A stretch of DNA of 64,000 nt from an uncultured Clostridia bacterium (GCA_934180065.1 CAKPRA010000001.1:12669-76668), one strand, 5' to 3'; shown: positions 38,634 to 47,751, counted from the stretch's first letter. Program-made: numbers and translations. The notes: generated by a model from the letters alone, not told the origin.

Positions 38634-39362
38634 ATGAAAGAAGAAATATTAGCAAAAGTACATTCATTTGACACATTTGGAGCTGCTGACGGACCAGGAA
38701 TTCGTTTTATAATTTTTTTACAGGGCTGTCATCTTAGCTGTAAGTATTGTCAAAACAGAGATACATGGGACTGTTCAATAGGAACAAAATACTCCGTTTC
38801 AAAAATTCTCGAAAAAATATTAAGATATAAAAACTACTTTATTTCATCAAATGGTGGTGTTACTGTAAGTGGTGGTGAGCCCCTACTTCAACAAGACTTT
38901 ATTATTGAGCTTTTTACTGAATTAAAAAAACATAATATATCAACTGCGATTGATACTTCTGGATCTTTTATTATAACAGATAAGTTAAAAAAATTAATAA
39001 GTTTGACTGATTTGTTTTTACTTGATATAAAGTGTATTAATGATTCTATTTGTAAAGATTTAACCGGCGTTTCAAACAAGTTGGAGCTTAATTTTGCACG
39101 ATATTTATCTGATATAAACAAGGATGTATGGATTAGACAAGTATTAGTTCCCGGTATTACTGATAATAAAGATGATTTAATTGAATTAAAAACGTTTTTA
39201 AGTACCTTGAAGAACGTAAAAAAAATTGATATTTTACCTTATCATGACCTTGGTAAGTTCAAATGGGAAGAGCTTGGAATTCCATATCCATTGGAAAATG
39301 TAAGGACCGCAAATGATGATGATGTGAAAAGAGCTAAAGATATTCTTGGCTTACATGACTAA
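38634..39362 (+). CDS. pflA: Glycyl-radical enzyme activating protein (pyruvate formate-lyase activase type)
   Basis: GPGIRFIIFLQGCHLSCKYCQNRD radical-SAM cluster motif and GGVTVSGGEPL. The ATG at 38634 has a GAAAGGAA SD. Confidence 0.8.
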   Translation: MKEEILAKVHSFDTFGAADGPGIRFIIFLQGCHLSCKYCQNRDTWDCSIGTKYSVSKILEKILRYKNYFISSNGGVTVSGGEPLLQQDFIIELFTELKKHNISTAIDTSGSFIITDKLKKLISLTDLFLLDIKCINDSICKDLTGVSNKLELNFARYLSDINKDVWIRQVLVPGITDNKDDLIELKTFLSTLKNVKKIDILPYHDLGKFKWEELGIPYPLENVRTANDDDVKRAKDILGLHD

Positions 39363-39434
39363 ACTAAATGAAGAAATGAGTAACCGTGAATAGTAGTATA
39401 ATTTAGTCTATGCAGCAATTTTTTCTATAATTTA

Positions 39435-39473
39435 AAAAGCTACAATTCGTACTAACACTGAATTGTAGCTTTT
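39435..39473. terminator. Bidirectional terminator
   Basis: 14-bp stem aaaagctacaattc / gaattgtagctttt. Confidence 0.65.
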
Positions 39474-39486
39474 AATATACTTATTA

Positions 39487-39768
39487 CTAATCTTGAGTAT
39501 ATGGTAACATTGCAATTTGTCTACATCTTTTTACTGTTAAAGTAATATCTCTTTGATGTTTAGCACATGCACCAGTAGCTCTTCTTGGTAATATTTTACC
39601 TCTTTCATTTATGAATTTCTTTAATTGATCAGGATTTTTATAATCTAAAATAAAGTTTTTGTCTTTACATAATGGACAAACTTTCTTTCTCTTTTTAAAT
39701 TTTGGATTAAAATCATCATCATTATTATTGTTTCTGTTATTTCTTCTATTATTTTTCTTATCAGCCAT
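39487..39768 (-). CDS. rpsR: 30S ribosomal protein S18 (N-terminally extended, four Cys)
   Basis: [12 protein letters not shown]...MLPY core in rpsF-ssb-rpsR synteny. Confidence 0.9.
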   Translation of the reverse strand: MADKKNNRRNNRNNNNDDDFNPKFKKRKKVCPLCKDKNFILDYKNPDQLKKFINERGKILPRRATGACAKHQRDITLTVKRCRQIAMLPYTQD

Positions 39769-39796
39769 TTTATTTTTTCCCCCCTATCTTAATTTA

Positions 39797-40240
39797 TTAA
39801 AATGGTAGGTCATCTCCAGAAAATGTTTCAAAGTCTGAATTTTCACTTGTTCCAGTAGCTTGGCTTGGCATACTTCCAAAAGTTGAATCAAAGTTTGAGT
39901 TTCCACCCATTTCTCCATCTCTTCTACTATCTGCAAAATATGCTTCTTCAGCAATAACTTCTGTTACATAATGTTTTTGACCTTGTTCATCATCCCAACT
40001 TCTAGTTTGGATTCTTCCTATTATTCCTACTTGTTGACCTTTTTTAAAATATTTACTACAAAATTCACCTAATTTGCTCCAAGCAACTATATTGATAAAG
40101 TCTGCTTGTCTTTCTTCACCTGGACGAGCAAATCTTCTATTTATTGCTAATGAAAATGAAGCAACTAATGTATTATTAGTTTGAGTATATCTAACTTCTG
40201 GGTCTCTTGTTAATCTTCCCATTAAAATTACTTTGTTCAT
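39797..40240 (-). CDS. ssb: Single-stranded DNA-binding protein
   Basis: MNKVILMGRLTRDPE OB fold and an acidic C-terminal tail ending DDLPF. Confidence 0.93.
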   Translation of the reverse strand: MNKVILMGRLTRDPEVRYTQTNNTLVASFSLAINRRFARPGEERQADFINIVAWSKLGEFCSKYFKKGQQVGIIGRIQTRSWDDEQGQKHYVTEVIAEEAYFADSRRDGEMGGNSNFDSTFGSMPSQATGTSENSDFETFSGDDLPF

Positions 40241-40277
40241 ATTTTCACCATTACTTTAGCCATCTAAAGTCCTTCTA

Positions 40278-40571
40278 TTAATCTTGTTTTATTGTCATGA
40301 ATTTTATAATTTCATCTGTTATTCTGTAGTTTCTTTCTAGCTCTGTAATTAGATCTGGATTAGCTTCAAAATAAAATACTGCATAATATCCTTCTGCGAA
40401 TTTTTTAACTTCATAAGCTAATTTTCTTTTACCTAATTCATCAACTTTTTCTACTTTACCGTCAGTATTAATTAAGTCTGTGAATTTTGAAATTAAAGCT
40501 TTGATTCCTTCTTCTTCAACAGTTGGATTAATAATGACAACACTTTCGTATTTATTCATTATTCTCTTCAC
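40278..40571 (-). CDS. rpsF: 30S ribosomal protein S6
   Basis: YESVVIINP...GKRKLAY motif, with synteny. Confidence 0.9.
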   Translation of the reverse strand: MKRIMNKYESVVIINPTVEEEGIKALISKFTDLINTDGKVEKVDELGKRKLAYEVKKFAEGYYAVFYFEANPDLITELERNYRITDEIIKFMTIKQD

Positions 40572-40762
40572 CTCCTTATGGATATAAAACCTACATTTTT
40601 ATGTAAGTAAGGAAATATAGTTTTTACACTATATTCTCAATGTTGCCATTTTATCACATTTTCTACATAAAATCAATAGGATTTTAGCAATATTTATTGA
40701 CATTTTTCTACAAAATATTATAATATTTATTTATATACTTGTTATGAAAGGGGAATATTTTT

Positions 40763-41248
40763 ATGTTTAAAGAATTTAAAGAATTTATTTCAAAAGGAAA
40801 TGTTATGGATATGGCTATTGGTGTTATTATAGCTAATGCCTTTGCAGATATTGTAAAAGCTCTTACATCTTCTTTTATTCAACCAATACTAGGATTAATC
40901 GGTGGTGCTGAAATCCATGGAACTATACCTTTAGGAAATTCAGGGCAAGCTTTAGATTATGGAACTTTTATTACTGCTGTCATAAATTTCTTAATAGTAG
41001 CATTTATATTATTTATAATGGTAAAAACAGTTAACACTATTAACAAAAAGAGCAAAGAAAGACTAGAGCAACTTGCATCTAAAGTAACAAAACATAAGAA
41101 GAAATCTGAAGAAACTTTAGAAGAAAATCCAGAAACAAAACTTTGTCCTTTCTGTTTAACAGAAATTCCATATAAAGCAACAAGATGTCCTCATTGTACA
41201 TCTATTTTAGAAGAATTAAGTAGTAAAGTCGATAAGTCAAAAAAATAA
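40763..41248 (+). CDS. mscL: Large-conductance mechanosensitive channel with a C-terminal CxxC-x14-CxxC extension
   Basis: FKEFISKGNVMDMAIGVIIANAF is a typical MscL N-terminus and TM1. The tail is CPFCLTEIPYKATRCPHC. Confidence 0.88.
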   Translation: MFKEFKEFISKGNVMDMAIGVIIANAFADIVKALTSSFIQPILGLIGGAEIHGTIPLGNSGQALDYGTFITAVINFLIVAFILFIMVKTVNTINKKSKERLEQLASKVTKHKKKSEETLEENPETKLCPFCLTEIPYKATRCPHCTSILEELSSKVDKSKK

Positions 41249-41310
41249 TAAAACATTATGTTGTACATTATAAAACATAATACAAAAAATATTTTATGAT
41301 CTGGTACAAC

Positions 41311-41355
41311 AAAAGCGGAAATTCAGGTATTAAACCGTTGAATTTCCGCTTTTTT
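41311..41355. terminator. Bidirectional terminator
   Basis: 15-bp stem aaaagcggaaattca / tgaatttccgctttt. Confidence 0.65.
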
Positions 41356-41373
41356 ATAGTATCTTTTTATTAT

Positions 41374-43254
41374 CTATTTTGAAATTAAATCACATATTAG
41401 ATTACTTATTTCTGTTGGATTATCAATACTTAACCCTTCTATTAATTTTGCTTGAGCGTATAAGATTTTAGAATATTTTTTCAATTCTTCTTTATCTTTT
41501 TCATATAGCTCTTTTAATTTTTTAGCAATTGGATGATTTTCGTTTATTTCTAATGAAGTTTTTGCTTGAATATTTCTATTGTTAGGTAATGCATTAATTA
41601 CTTTTTGCATTTCAACAGAAATTGCCCCTTCAGTTGTTAGGCATACAGGATGCTCTTTTAACCTATTTGTAAAGCAAACTTTTTCAACCTCTGGAATAGC
41701 TTCTTTCATTATATTTAACATGTCTTTGCTATTTTCATTTAATTTTTCAAGTTGCTCTTTTTCTTCTTTACTATCTAAATCTAAATTGTTAGCTGAAACA
41801 TTTGCAAATTCTTTTTCTTCGTAATTTACCAATACTTGAAGTACAAACTCATCAATTTCATCTGTTAAATATAAAATCTCGTATCCTTTATCTTTAACTC
41901 CATCAACCTGTGGTAACATATCAATTTTTGCTGTACTTTCACCACAAGCATAATAGATTTTATCTTGTCCTTCTTTCATTCTTGAAACATATTCTTTTAA
42001 AGTTACTAATTTTTGCTCTGTTGATGAATAGAACATTAATAAATCTTTCAACTTATCTTTATCCATACCAAAGTTATTATAACAGCCAAATTTTAATTGC
42101 ATACCAAATGTCTTAAAGAATTTAACATAATCAGCTCTATTTTTTTCAAGCATGCTTTCTAGTTCGCTTTTTATCTTCTTTTCTATATTTTTTGCAATTG
42201 TTTTCAATTGTCTATCTTGTTGTAGAATTTCTCTTGAAATGTTTAATGATAAATCTGGACTATCTACTAAACCTTTAACAAAACTAAAATAATCTGGTAA
42301 CAAGTCCTTGCATTTTTCCATTATTAACACTCCATTTGAATAAAGTTGTAATCCTTTTTCAAATTCTTTTGTATAATAATCATATGGCATTACTGATGGA
42401 ATATATATTAGCATATCATAGTTTAACATGCCTTCAACAGTTGTTTTTATTACCTTTAAAGGTTTCTCAAAATCACCAAATTTCATTGCATAAAAACTAT
42501 TTAGCTCTTCATCTGAAACTTCTGATTTTTTCTTTTTCCATATAGGAATCATACTATTTAAAGTTTCAGTTTCAATTTTTTCTTCATATTCATCTTTTGA
42601 GCCTTCTTTAAGCTCTTTTTTTGTTACATCCATTTTGATTGGAAATCTTATATAATCTGAATATCTTTTTACAATTCCTTTTATTCTAAATTCATTTAAA
42701 AATTCTGAATATTTTTCTTCTTCTTGATCATCTTTAATATGTAAAATAATCTTTGTTCCAAAACTATCTTTTTCAGTTTCTTCTATTGTATATCCATCTG
42801 CACCTTTAGAAGTCCATTTATACGCTTTATCAGCTCCATATTTCTTACTAATAACTTCCACTTCTTTACTAACCATAAATGCAGAATAAAAACCTACACC
42901 AAATTGACCTATTATATCAACATCTTCTTTTTTTTCGTTTTCTTTTTTGAATGCAAATGAACCGCTTTGAGCAATTGTTCCTAAGTTCTGCTCAAGCTCT
43001 TTTTCGTCCATTCCAATACCTTTATCTTCAATTGTTAAAGTATTATTATTTTTATCAGCTGTCAATTTAATAACTAAATCATCTTTATTAATATTTATAT
43101 TTTTATCTGTTAGAGAATTATAATAAAGCTTATCCATTGCGTCACTAGCATTAGAAATTAGCTCTCTTAAAAATATTTCTTTATTAGTATAAATTGAATT
43201 AATCATTAAATCTAATAGTCTTTTTGATTCTGCTTTAAATTGTTTTGTTTCCAT
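41374..43254 (-). CDS. htpG: Chaperone HtpG (Hsp90)
   Basis: [34 protein letters not shown] and GQFGVGFYS. The start is taken at the ATG at 43254, 8 nt after an AAGAGG SD. Confidence 0.93.
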   Translation of the reverse strand: METKQFKAESKRLLDLMINSIYTNKEIFLRELISNASDAMDKLYYNSLTDKNININKDDLVIKLTADKNNNTLTIEDKGIGMDEKELEQNLGTIAQSGSFAFKKENEKKEDVDIIGQFGVGFYSAFMVSKEVEVISKKYGADKAYKWTSKGADGYTIEETEKDSFGTKIILHIKDDQEEEKYSEFLNEFRIKGIVKRYSDYIRFPIKMDVTKKELKEGSKDEYEEKIETETLNSMIPIWKKKKSEVSDEELNSFYAMKFGDFEKPLKVIKTTVEGMLNYDMLIYIPSVMPYDYYTKEFEKGLQLYSNGVLIMEKCKDLLPDYFSFVKGLVDSPDLSLNISREILQQDRQLKTIAKNIEKKIKSELESMLEKNRADYVKFFKTFGMQLKFGCYNNFGMDKDKLKDLLMFYSSTEQKLVTLKEYVSRMKEGQDKIYYACGESTAKIDMLPQVDGVKDKGYEILYLTDEIDEFVLQVLVNYEEKEFANVSANNLDLDSKEEKEQLEKLNENSKDMLNIMKEAIPEVEKVCFTNRLKEHPVCLTTEGAISVEMQKVINALPNNRNIQAKTSLEINENHPIAKKLKELYEKDKEELKKYSKILYAQAKLIEGLSIDNPTEISNLICDLISK

Positions 43255-43312
43255 ACTAAACACCTCTTAATTTAACTAAATTTATTTACAACGTGTATCA
43301 TATACCCATTTT

Positions 43313-43339
43313 TTAGCAAAGTCAATACAAGAGTGCTAA
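43313..43339. promoter_or_regulatory. CIRCE-like operator upstream of htpG
   Basis: ttagcaaag-tcaatacaa-gagtgctaa against consensus TTAGCACTC-N9-GAGTGCTAA. The right half is perfect and the left half matches 6/9. Confidence 0.5.
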
Positions 43340-43356
43340 TTCACAAAATTTTCACA

Positions 43357-43902
43357 TTATTTATTATGATCTATTATTAATTTATATTTAATTTCGTATT
43401 CTCTAGCAATTGATTCTACTTTATCTATAAAAATCTTTTCTTTAATAATTTCATTGTTTGGTTTTATATTTTCATTTTTCATAAATAACCTATATTCAGT
43501 TTCTTCCTTTATTGAAAACCCTTTTTTCTTATATAAATTTATTGCAATATCATTATTTTTATAGACCCATAGATAAATTGGTTGGAAATTATTATTAAAG
43601 ATTTTATCTAGTATTTTGCTTGCAATTCCTTTTTTTCTGTAAATTTCAAAAACATATAATGTATCAATAATTTTTCCATCTTCAAAATCATTTACATTAT
43701 AAATAGCAACTAATTGCTCTTCATCATAAATTAATCTATATGTACTCAAATTTTCTCTTATATCTTCCTCACAATAATTCACAATTTTTTCCATTTCATT
43801 TTTTTCTAAAGAAATAATTTCTTCACTTTTAAAAATTATATCCAATTTAACATCTAATATTAAATCTACGTCATTTAATTCAGCAATTTTTTCTTTATAC
43901 AT
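43357..43902 (-). CDS. GNAT family N-acetyltransferase
   Basis: RKKGIASKILDKI...YKKKGF acetyl-CoA-binding pattern. Confidence 0.65.
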   Translation of the reverse strand: MYKEKIAELNDVDLILDVKLDIIFKSEEIISLEKNEMEKIVNYCEEDIRENLSTYRLIYDEEQLVAIYNVNDFEDGKIIDTLYVFEIYRKKGIASKILDKIFNNNFQPIYLWVYKNNDIAINLYKKKGFSIKEETEYRLFMKNENIKPNNEIIKEKIFIDKVESIAREYEIKYKLIIDHNK

Positions 43903-44069
43903 ATTTCCTCCATTTATTATTCAAATTTTACTAATACAAAGTATATCACAAGTCTATATAAATATCATTTAAAAATTTTAATTTATATAATGTAAATTGA
44001 AAAAAGGTTATTGCATTAGCAACGAATTTTTTTTCAAAATAAAAAAGTTAAAAAATTTTAAAATTTGTA

Positions 44070-44098
44070 TTGACAGATTATAAAATATATTATATACT
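44070..44098 (+). promoter_or_regulatory. Promoter of the tRNA pair
   Basis: TTGACA, 17-nt spacer, TATACT, about 20 nt upstream of the first tRNA. Confidence 0.6.
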
Positions 44099-44119
44099 AG
44101 CTATCGTTGAAAGAAACAC

Positions 44120-44196
44120 GCGCCCTTAGCTCAGTTGGTCAGAGCAACCGGCTCATAACCGGTGGGTCCAAGGTTCGAATCCTTGAGGGCGCACCA
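44120..44196 (+). tRNA. tRNA with CAT anticodon (elongator Met or lysidine-modified Ile2; not initiator)
   Basis: Hand-folded cloverleaf: acceptor gcgccct/agggcgc, anticodon loop ctCATaa, T-loop ttcgaat, encoded CCA. G1:C72 is paired and there is no GGG/CCC anticodon stem. Confidence 0.9.
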
Positions 44197-44241
44197 TTTG
44201 AATACTTATATAATAGTATTCATTTTTTAATTAAACAACCT

Positions 44242-44327
44242 GGGTAGGTGGCCGAGTGGCTAAAGGCGGCAGACTGTAAATCTGTTCTCATTTGAGTACG
44301 ATGGTTCGAATCCATCCCTGCCCACCA
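44242..44327 (+). tRNA. tRNA-Tyr (GTA), long variable arm
   Basis: Acceptor gggtagg/cctgccc, anticodon loop ctGTAaa, T-loop ttcgaat, encoded CCA. Confidence 0.9.
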
Positions 44328-44329
44328 TA

Positions 44330-44360
44330 AAAAAGATTATCTTGTAGATAATCTTTTTTT
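44330..44360 (+). terminator. Terminator after the tRNA pair
   Basis: Stem agattatc / gataatct followed by a T6 tract. Confidence 0.65.
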
Positions 44361-44505
44361 GTTGCCTTTTGGAAAAAGAAATATTTTTTTCAATTTTTGA
44401 GAATTATGTACACATTCTCATTTTTTCTTAATTTCTTAATATGTTTTAATCACCACAAAAAAAATCAAATTGAATTTTATTATCCAATTTGATTCTCTGT
44501 ATTTG

Positions 44506-45348
44506 TTATTTATCCTTATTATGTTCAGGTTCAGGTAGCTCTAATACTACTTTAATTTTCATTAGGTACCTAATTCCCCTTACCAATTTCATATTTTTTA
44601 TTCTATCCCATAAAGAAGGTTTTTCAACAACATTATCTATATATTGGTCTTGCACTATTAAGTCTTGAGATTCATTTTCAGAAATATTTTCCTCTGTATT
44701 TTCCTCCGCATCTTCTTTAGATTCTTCAACATTTTGTATTTCTTTCAATGATTCTGCTATTTCAATACCAATATAGCTTAAAGCTTTTGATTTATCTTCT
44801 ATTCTTTCCATATCAACTTCTATATAAAGATTTGACTCTAAATTAGAAATTTTTGTATTAATTGTATTTAACGAATCAAGATATGTTTGTGTCTTTTTAG
44901 ATTTTGCTCTTCCTAATACACCTAAAGTATCAATTATTTCTTCAGGCAATCTTCCTGATAAATCCTGTACCATTTTTTTCCAATTTGTCTTTTTTTCTTC
45001 AACAGCTCCAAGAACTTCTTTTAGCTCTGCTGATAAAGCAATATTGTTTTCTCTTTGGCGTATTAAATCTTCTATTTTTTTTGTATTTTCTTCAAACTGT
45101 GTAGTTGCATATTCTACTAAATCATATGCAGCATCGTATACACTTTTTGGAAAAGGCTCTTCTTTTGGATATTCTTCTAGATATGATTTTATAGAAGCAA
45201 TTAAATCTAAAAAGTAGCTATCTTCTTCTAATTGAACTATTTGCTTTTTACTATTTGGATTAATCATTTTTTTGACTTTCTCAATATTAGCAAGAATCTT
45301 CTCTTCTGTAATAATCATTTTAACATTTCCATTGCTACTTTTAGCCAT
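44506..45348 (-). CDS. Hypothetical coiled-coil protein
   Basis: ORF with the ATG at 45348 after an AAAGGAGGA SD. It has an acidic C-terminal region. No motif recognised. Confidence 0.6.
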   Translation of the reverse strand: MAKSSNGNVKMIITEEKILANIEKVKKMINPNSKKQIVQLEEDSYFLDLIASIKSYLEEYPKEEPFPKSVYDAAYDLVEYATTQFEENTKKIEDLIRQRENNIALSAELKEVLGAVEEKKTNWKKMVQDLSGRLPEEIIDTLGVLGRAKSKKTQTYLDSLNTINTKISNLESNLYIEVDMERIEDKSKALSYIGIEIAESLKEIQNVEESKEDAEENTEENISENESQDLIVQDQYIDNVVEKPSLWDRIKNMKLVRGIRYLMKIKVVLELPEPEHNKDK

Positions 45349-45467
45349 GCAACTCGTCCTCCTTTTTATCATAAGTATAGTTATTATAATATTATTATAC
45401 TATTTTCAACAAAAAACTACAATTACAAATATATTTCAATTATGTTACATTTGTGTTACAACTTCAT

Positions 45468-45495
45468 AAAAACGATTAAAAATTTAATCGTTTTT
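45468..45495. terminator. Hairpin terminator
   Basis: aaaaacgattaaa / tttaatcgttttt. Confidence 0.5.
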
Positions 45496-45625
45496 CATAT
45501 ATACTTATTTTCTAATTTTTCGATAAAAATATACATTTTTTTATTACAATTTTAATGTATCATAATACTTATTTATAATCAAGCAAAATTTGAATTTTAA
45601 ATAGAAAAAAATCAAAAATTTTTAC

Positions 45626-45670
45626 AAACCTGTCCTAATTTCCATGTTTGTGAAAAAAACAACCGTCCCC
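45626..45670 (-). repeat. GC-rich REP-like unit R4
   Basis: The reverse complement ggggacggttgtttttttcacaaacatggaaattaggacaggtttg aligns with unit R1 (gggacggttctctttgacacatatggaaacagggacac). Confidence 0.55.
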
Positions 45671-45680
45671 ATTTTTCATT

Positions 45681-46136
45681 TCAGATAACATCAATTCTAT
45701 ATAACTTTTCACCACATTTTAAATCTTTTAAATAATGTGCGCCAAATTTTTCATAATAATTCTCTAAATCAGTTTTTAAATAAAGCTCTCTAAAACCTCT
45801 TTTTTTAGCTTCGTTTAATATAGCATCATTTAATATTCGTGAATAGCCTTTATTCCTATATTCTTTCTTTACATACATTGTTGCATACCAAGGACCAATA
45901 TCTAGCTCTTCTTCACCATCATGTGGAAAAATTGATATAAACCCAATCAATTTATTTTTTTTAATTAAAATTAGCTTACAAAATGCATTATTAGAAAACA
46001 TACTACAAATTTTATCTTTTTTTCTCTTTATTCTTTCGCTTTTATTTTCATCTTTACTATCTGCCCATTCTTCATGTTCCAGATATGCAACTTCATTTAA
46101 ATATTCTAATTTATCTTTTAAATTATATACTTCCAT
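45681..46136 (-). CDS. GNAT family N-acetyltransferase
   Basis: YRNKGYSRILNDAILNEAKKRGF pattern, 151 aa. Confidence 0.65.
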   Translation of the reverse strand: MEVYNLKDKLEYLNEVAYLEHEEWADSKDENKSERIKRKKDKICSMFSNNAFCKLILIKKNKLIGFISIFPHDGEEELDIGPWYATMYVKKEYRNKGYSRILNDAILNEAKKRGFRELYLKTDLENYYEKFGAHYLKDLKCGEKLYRIDVI

Positions 46137-46380
46137 TCTTTTACCTAACCATAATTTTATTACTTTATTTAAACTAAAATTTTCTTAAAATATTTTGTTA
46201 ATTGCAATTTTTGTCATAATACATGTTATTTTCCGTTCAAAAAAAAATTAGCTTTCGCTAATTTTTTGGTGCCATTTCGCAGGCAGGTATGCAAAAAATT
46301 ACACATTAATCTATCATTTTATTAATTCAATTTACTACTGTTAATTTAACATAATTTTCTGATTTTTGCAAATACTTTGA

Positions 46381-46412
46381 AAAAATACCTAGAATCCGTT
46401 AAGACTCTAGGT
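46381..46412 (-). terminator. Terminator after the Abi locus
   Basis: Stem acctaga / tctaggt with a T5 tract on the minus strand. Confidence 0.55.
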
Positions 46413-46420
46413 ATAAGAAT

Positions 46421-46457
46421 GACTTAGAGCTTCGAAAGTTTTCTAAGCACCACTCAA
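46421..46457 (-). ncRNA. 37-nt hairpin motif, copy 2 (downstream of abi)
   Basis: Minus-strand ttgagtggtgcttagaaaactttcgaagctctaagtc is 29/37 identical to copy 1, and the stem changes are compensatory. Confidence 0.45.
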
Positions 46458-46484
46458 AATTATTATATTCTATAAAATAAAAAA

Positions 46485-47351
46485 TTATACATTATAGCCC
46501 ATAATTTTCAAAATATCATTTATATCAATAGTAGTTAATTTATTTTTTAACTGTTCTATTTCCCCATTAAGTAACAACTCAAATTCTTGATATTTTTCTT
46601 CATCAAGTAATACTTGCATACATTTTATAATCATATACAAATTACTCAAATTTTCTTTTCTTTCATAGTTTTCTTCTATTTGCTTAAAAGCAATATCATA
46701 TTTATTTCTATAGCAAAATAGTCTATCAGAATGTGCAGAAATATTTCTTACCATAGTTAAATTAATCAATATTTGCTTTAATAATTTATCAGACAATTTA
46801 AAATATTTACTTATTTTTTGTCTATCACTTTGTTTTAATAAACTATAATATCTACTAATAGCACCAAAAGTTAAAATCTTAGTTGCTACAAAAGGTGGAA
46901 CAAATCCATAATTGTCTTTGTAATGCTTAATAGCCGAATGTCTTATATAATTATCGTCAATTTCTTTATTTATCTTAAAAATTAGTTCTTTTATTAGTTC
47001 TTTGTCAGCATTCTCATCAAAATTCTCTTGCTTTAAATAGTTTTCAATTCCATATTCTTCTGCAATAGTATTTGCAATCAATGATTTTATCACAATTTCT
47101 ATTTCCAAACTATATTTTAGAAATATGGCTTTTATGTTTTTGTCGAATTCGTATAAAGCAAAAATTTCTTCAAAAGAAGTATTTTCTTTGTAGTTATTTT
47201 CTTCATCTTTAAAAACTGATTTATAACCGTTTACAATAGAATAATAAGTATATTTTTCAATATTCTTTAACGCTAAATGTACATCATTTATAATTACATT
47301 TTTAGATATAAGATAATCGATAAGCTCTTGGTTATTTTTGTACGCTTTCAT
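46485..47351 (-). CDS. Abi_2 family abortive-infection protein (AbiD/AbiF-like)
   Basis: N-terminal YYSIVNGYKSVF...FEEIFALYEFDKNIKAIFLKYSLEIEIVIKS and the MVRNISAHSDRLF motif. The ATG at 47351 has a GGAGG SD. Confidence 0.75.
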   Translation of the reverse strand: MKAYKNNQELIDYLISKNVIINDVHLALKNIEKYTYYSIVNGYKSVFKDEENNYKENTSFEEIFALYEFDKNIKAIFLKYSLEIEIVIKSLIANTIAEEYGIENYLKQENFDENADKELIKELIFKINKEIDDNYIRHSAIKHYKDNYGFVPPFVATKILTFGAISRYYSLLKQSDRQKISKYFKLSDKLLKQILINLTMVRNISAHSDRLFCYRNKYDIAFKQIEENYERKENLSNLYMIIKCMQVLLDEEKYQEFELLLNGEIEQLKNKLTTIDINDILKIMGYNV

Positions 47352-47377
47352 TATACCTCCATATAAATATAAAAAAT

Positions 47378-47414
47378 GACCCAAGGCTTCGAGAGTTTCC
47401 TGGGCACCACTCAA
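47378..47414 (-). ncRNA. 37-nt hairpin motif, copy 1 (5' leader of abi), followed by a U-tract
   Basis: Minus-strand ttgagtggtgcccaggaaactctcgaagccttgggtc followed by atttttt. It starts about 5-7 nt after a -10 box. Confidence 0.45.
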
Positions 47415-47418
47415 TATA

Positions 47419-47447
47419 TTTATACCATATTTTTAGGTATTTTTCAA
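47419..47447 (-). promoter_or_regulatory. Putative promoter of the hairpin-motif/abi transcript
   Basis: On the minus strand: TTGAAA, 17-nt spacer, TATAAA. Confidence 0.4.
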
Positions 47448-47605
47448 GTAGTATTTTATAAATTTCAGAGTATATATATTTAAATAAAGTGTGACATATC
47501 TATTGTAAACCTATAATACCAACAATTATTTTAGTGGGCTACTGCACCGAAAAAAAGAGCAAAAAAATAAGCAGAAGTAAATCAACTTTTTAATGATATT
47601 CTTTT

Positions 47606-47660
47606 TGGATTTCTTTGAACTCGCTTGTAACAAAGCTTTTTACGAGTTCGAGTAAATCCA
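47606..47660 (-). terminator. Long imperfect hairpin 3' of tRNA-Leu
   Basis: Outer stem tggattt/aaatcca and inner stem gaactcg/cgagttc. Confidence 0.3.
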
Positions 47661-47664
47661 CCTT

Positions 47665-47751
47665 TGGTGCCGGTGGTGGGACTCGAACCCACACGCCATT
47701 TCTGACAACAGATTTTGAGTCTGCCTCGTCTACCAATTCCAACACACCGGC
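47665..47751 (-). tRNA. tRNA-Leu (CAA), long variable arm
   Basis: On the minus strand: acceptor gccggtg/caccggc, anticodon loop ctCAAaa, T-loop ttcgagt, encoded CCA. Confidence 0.9.
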
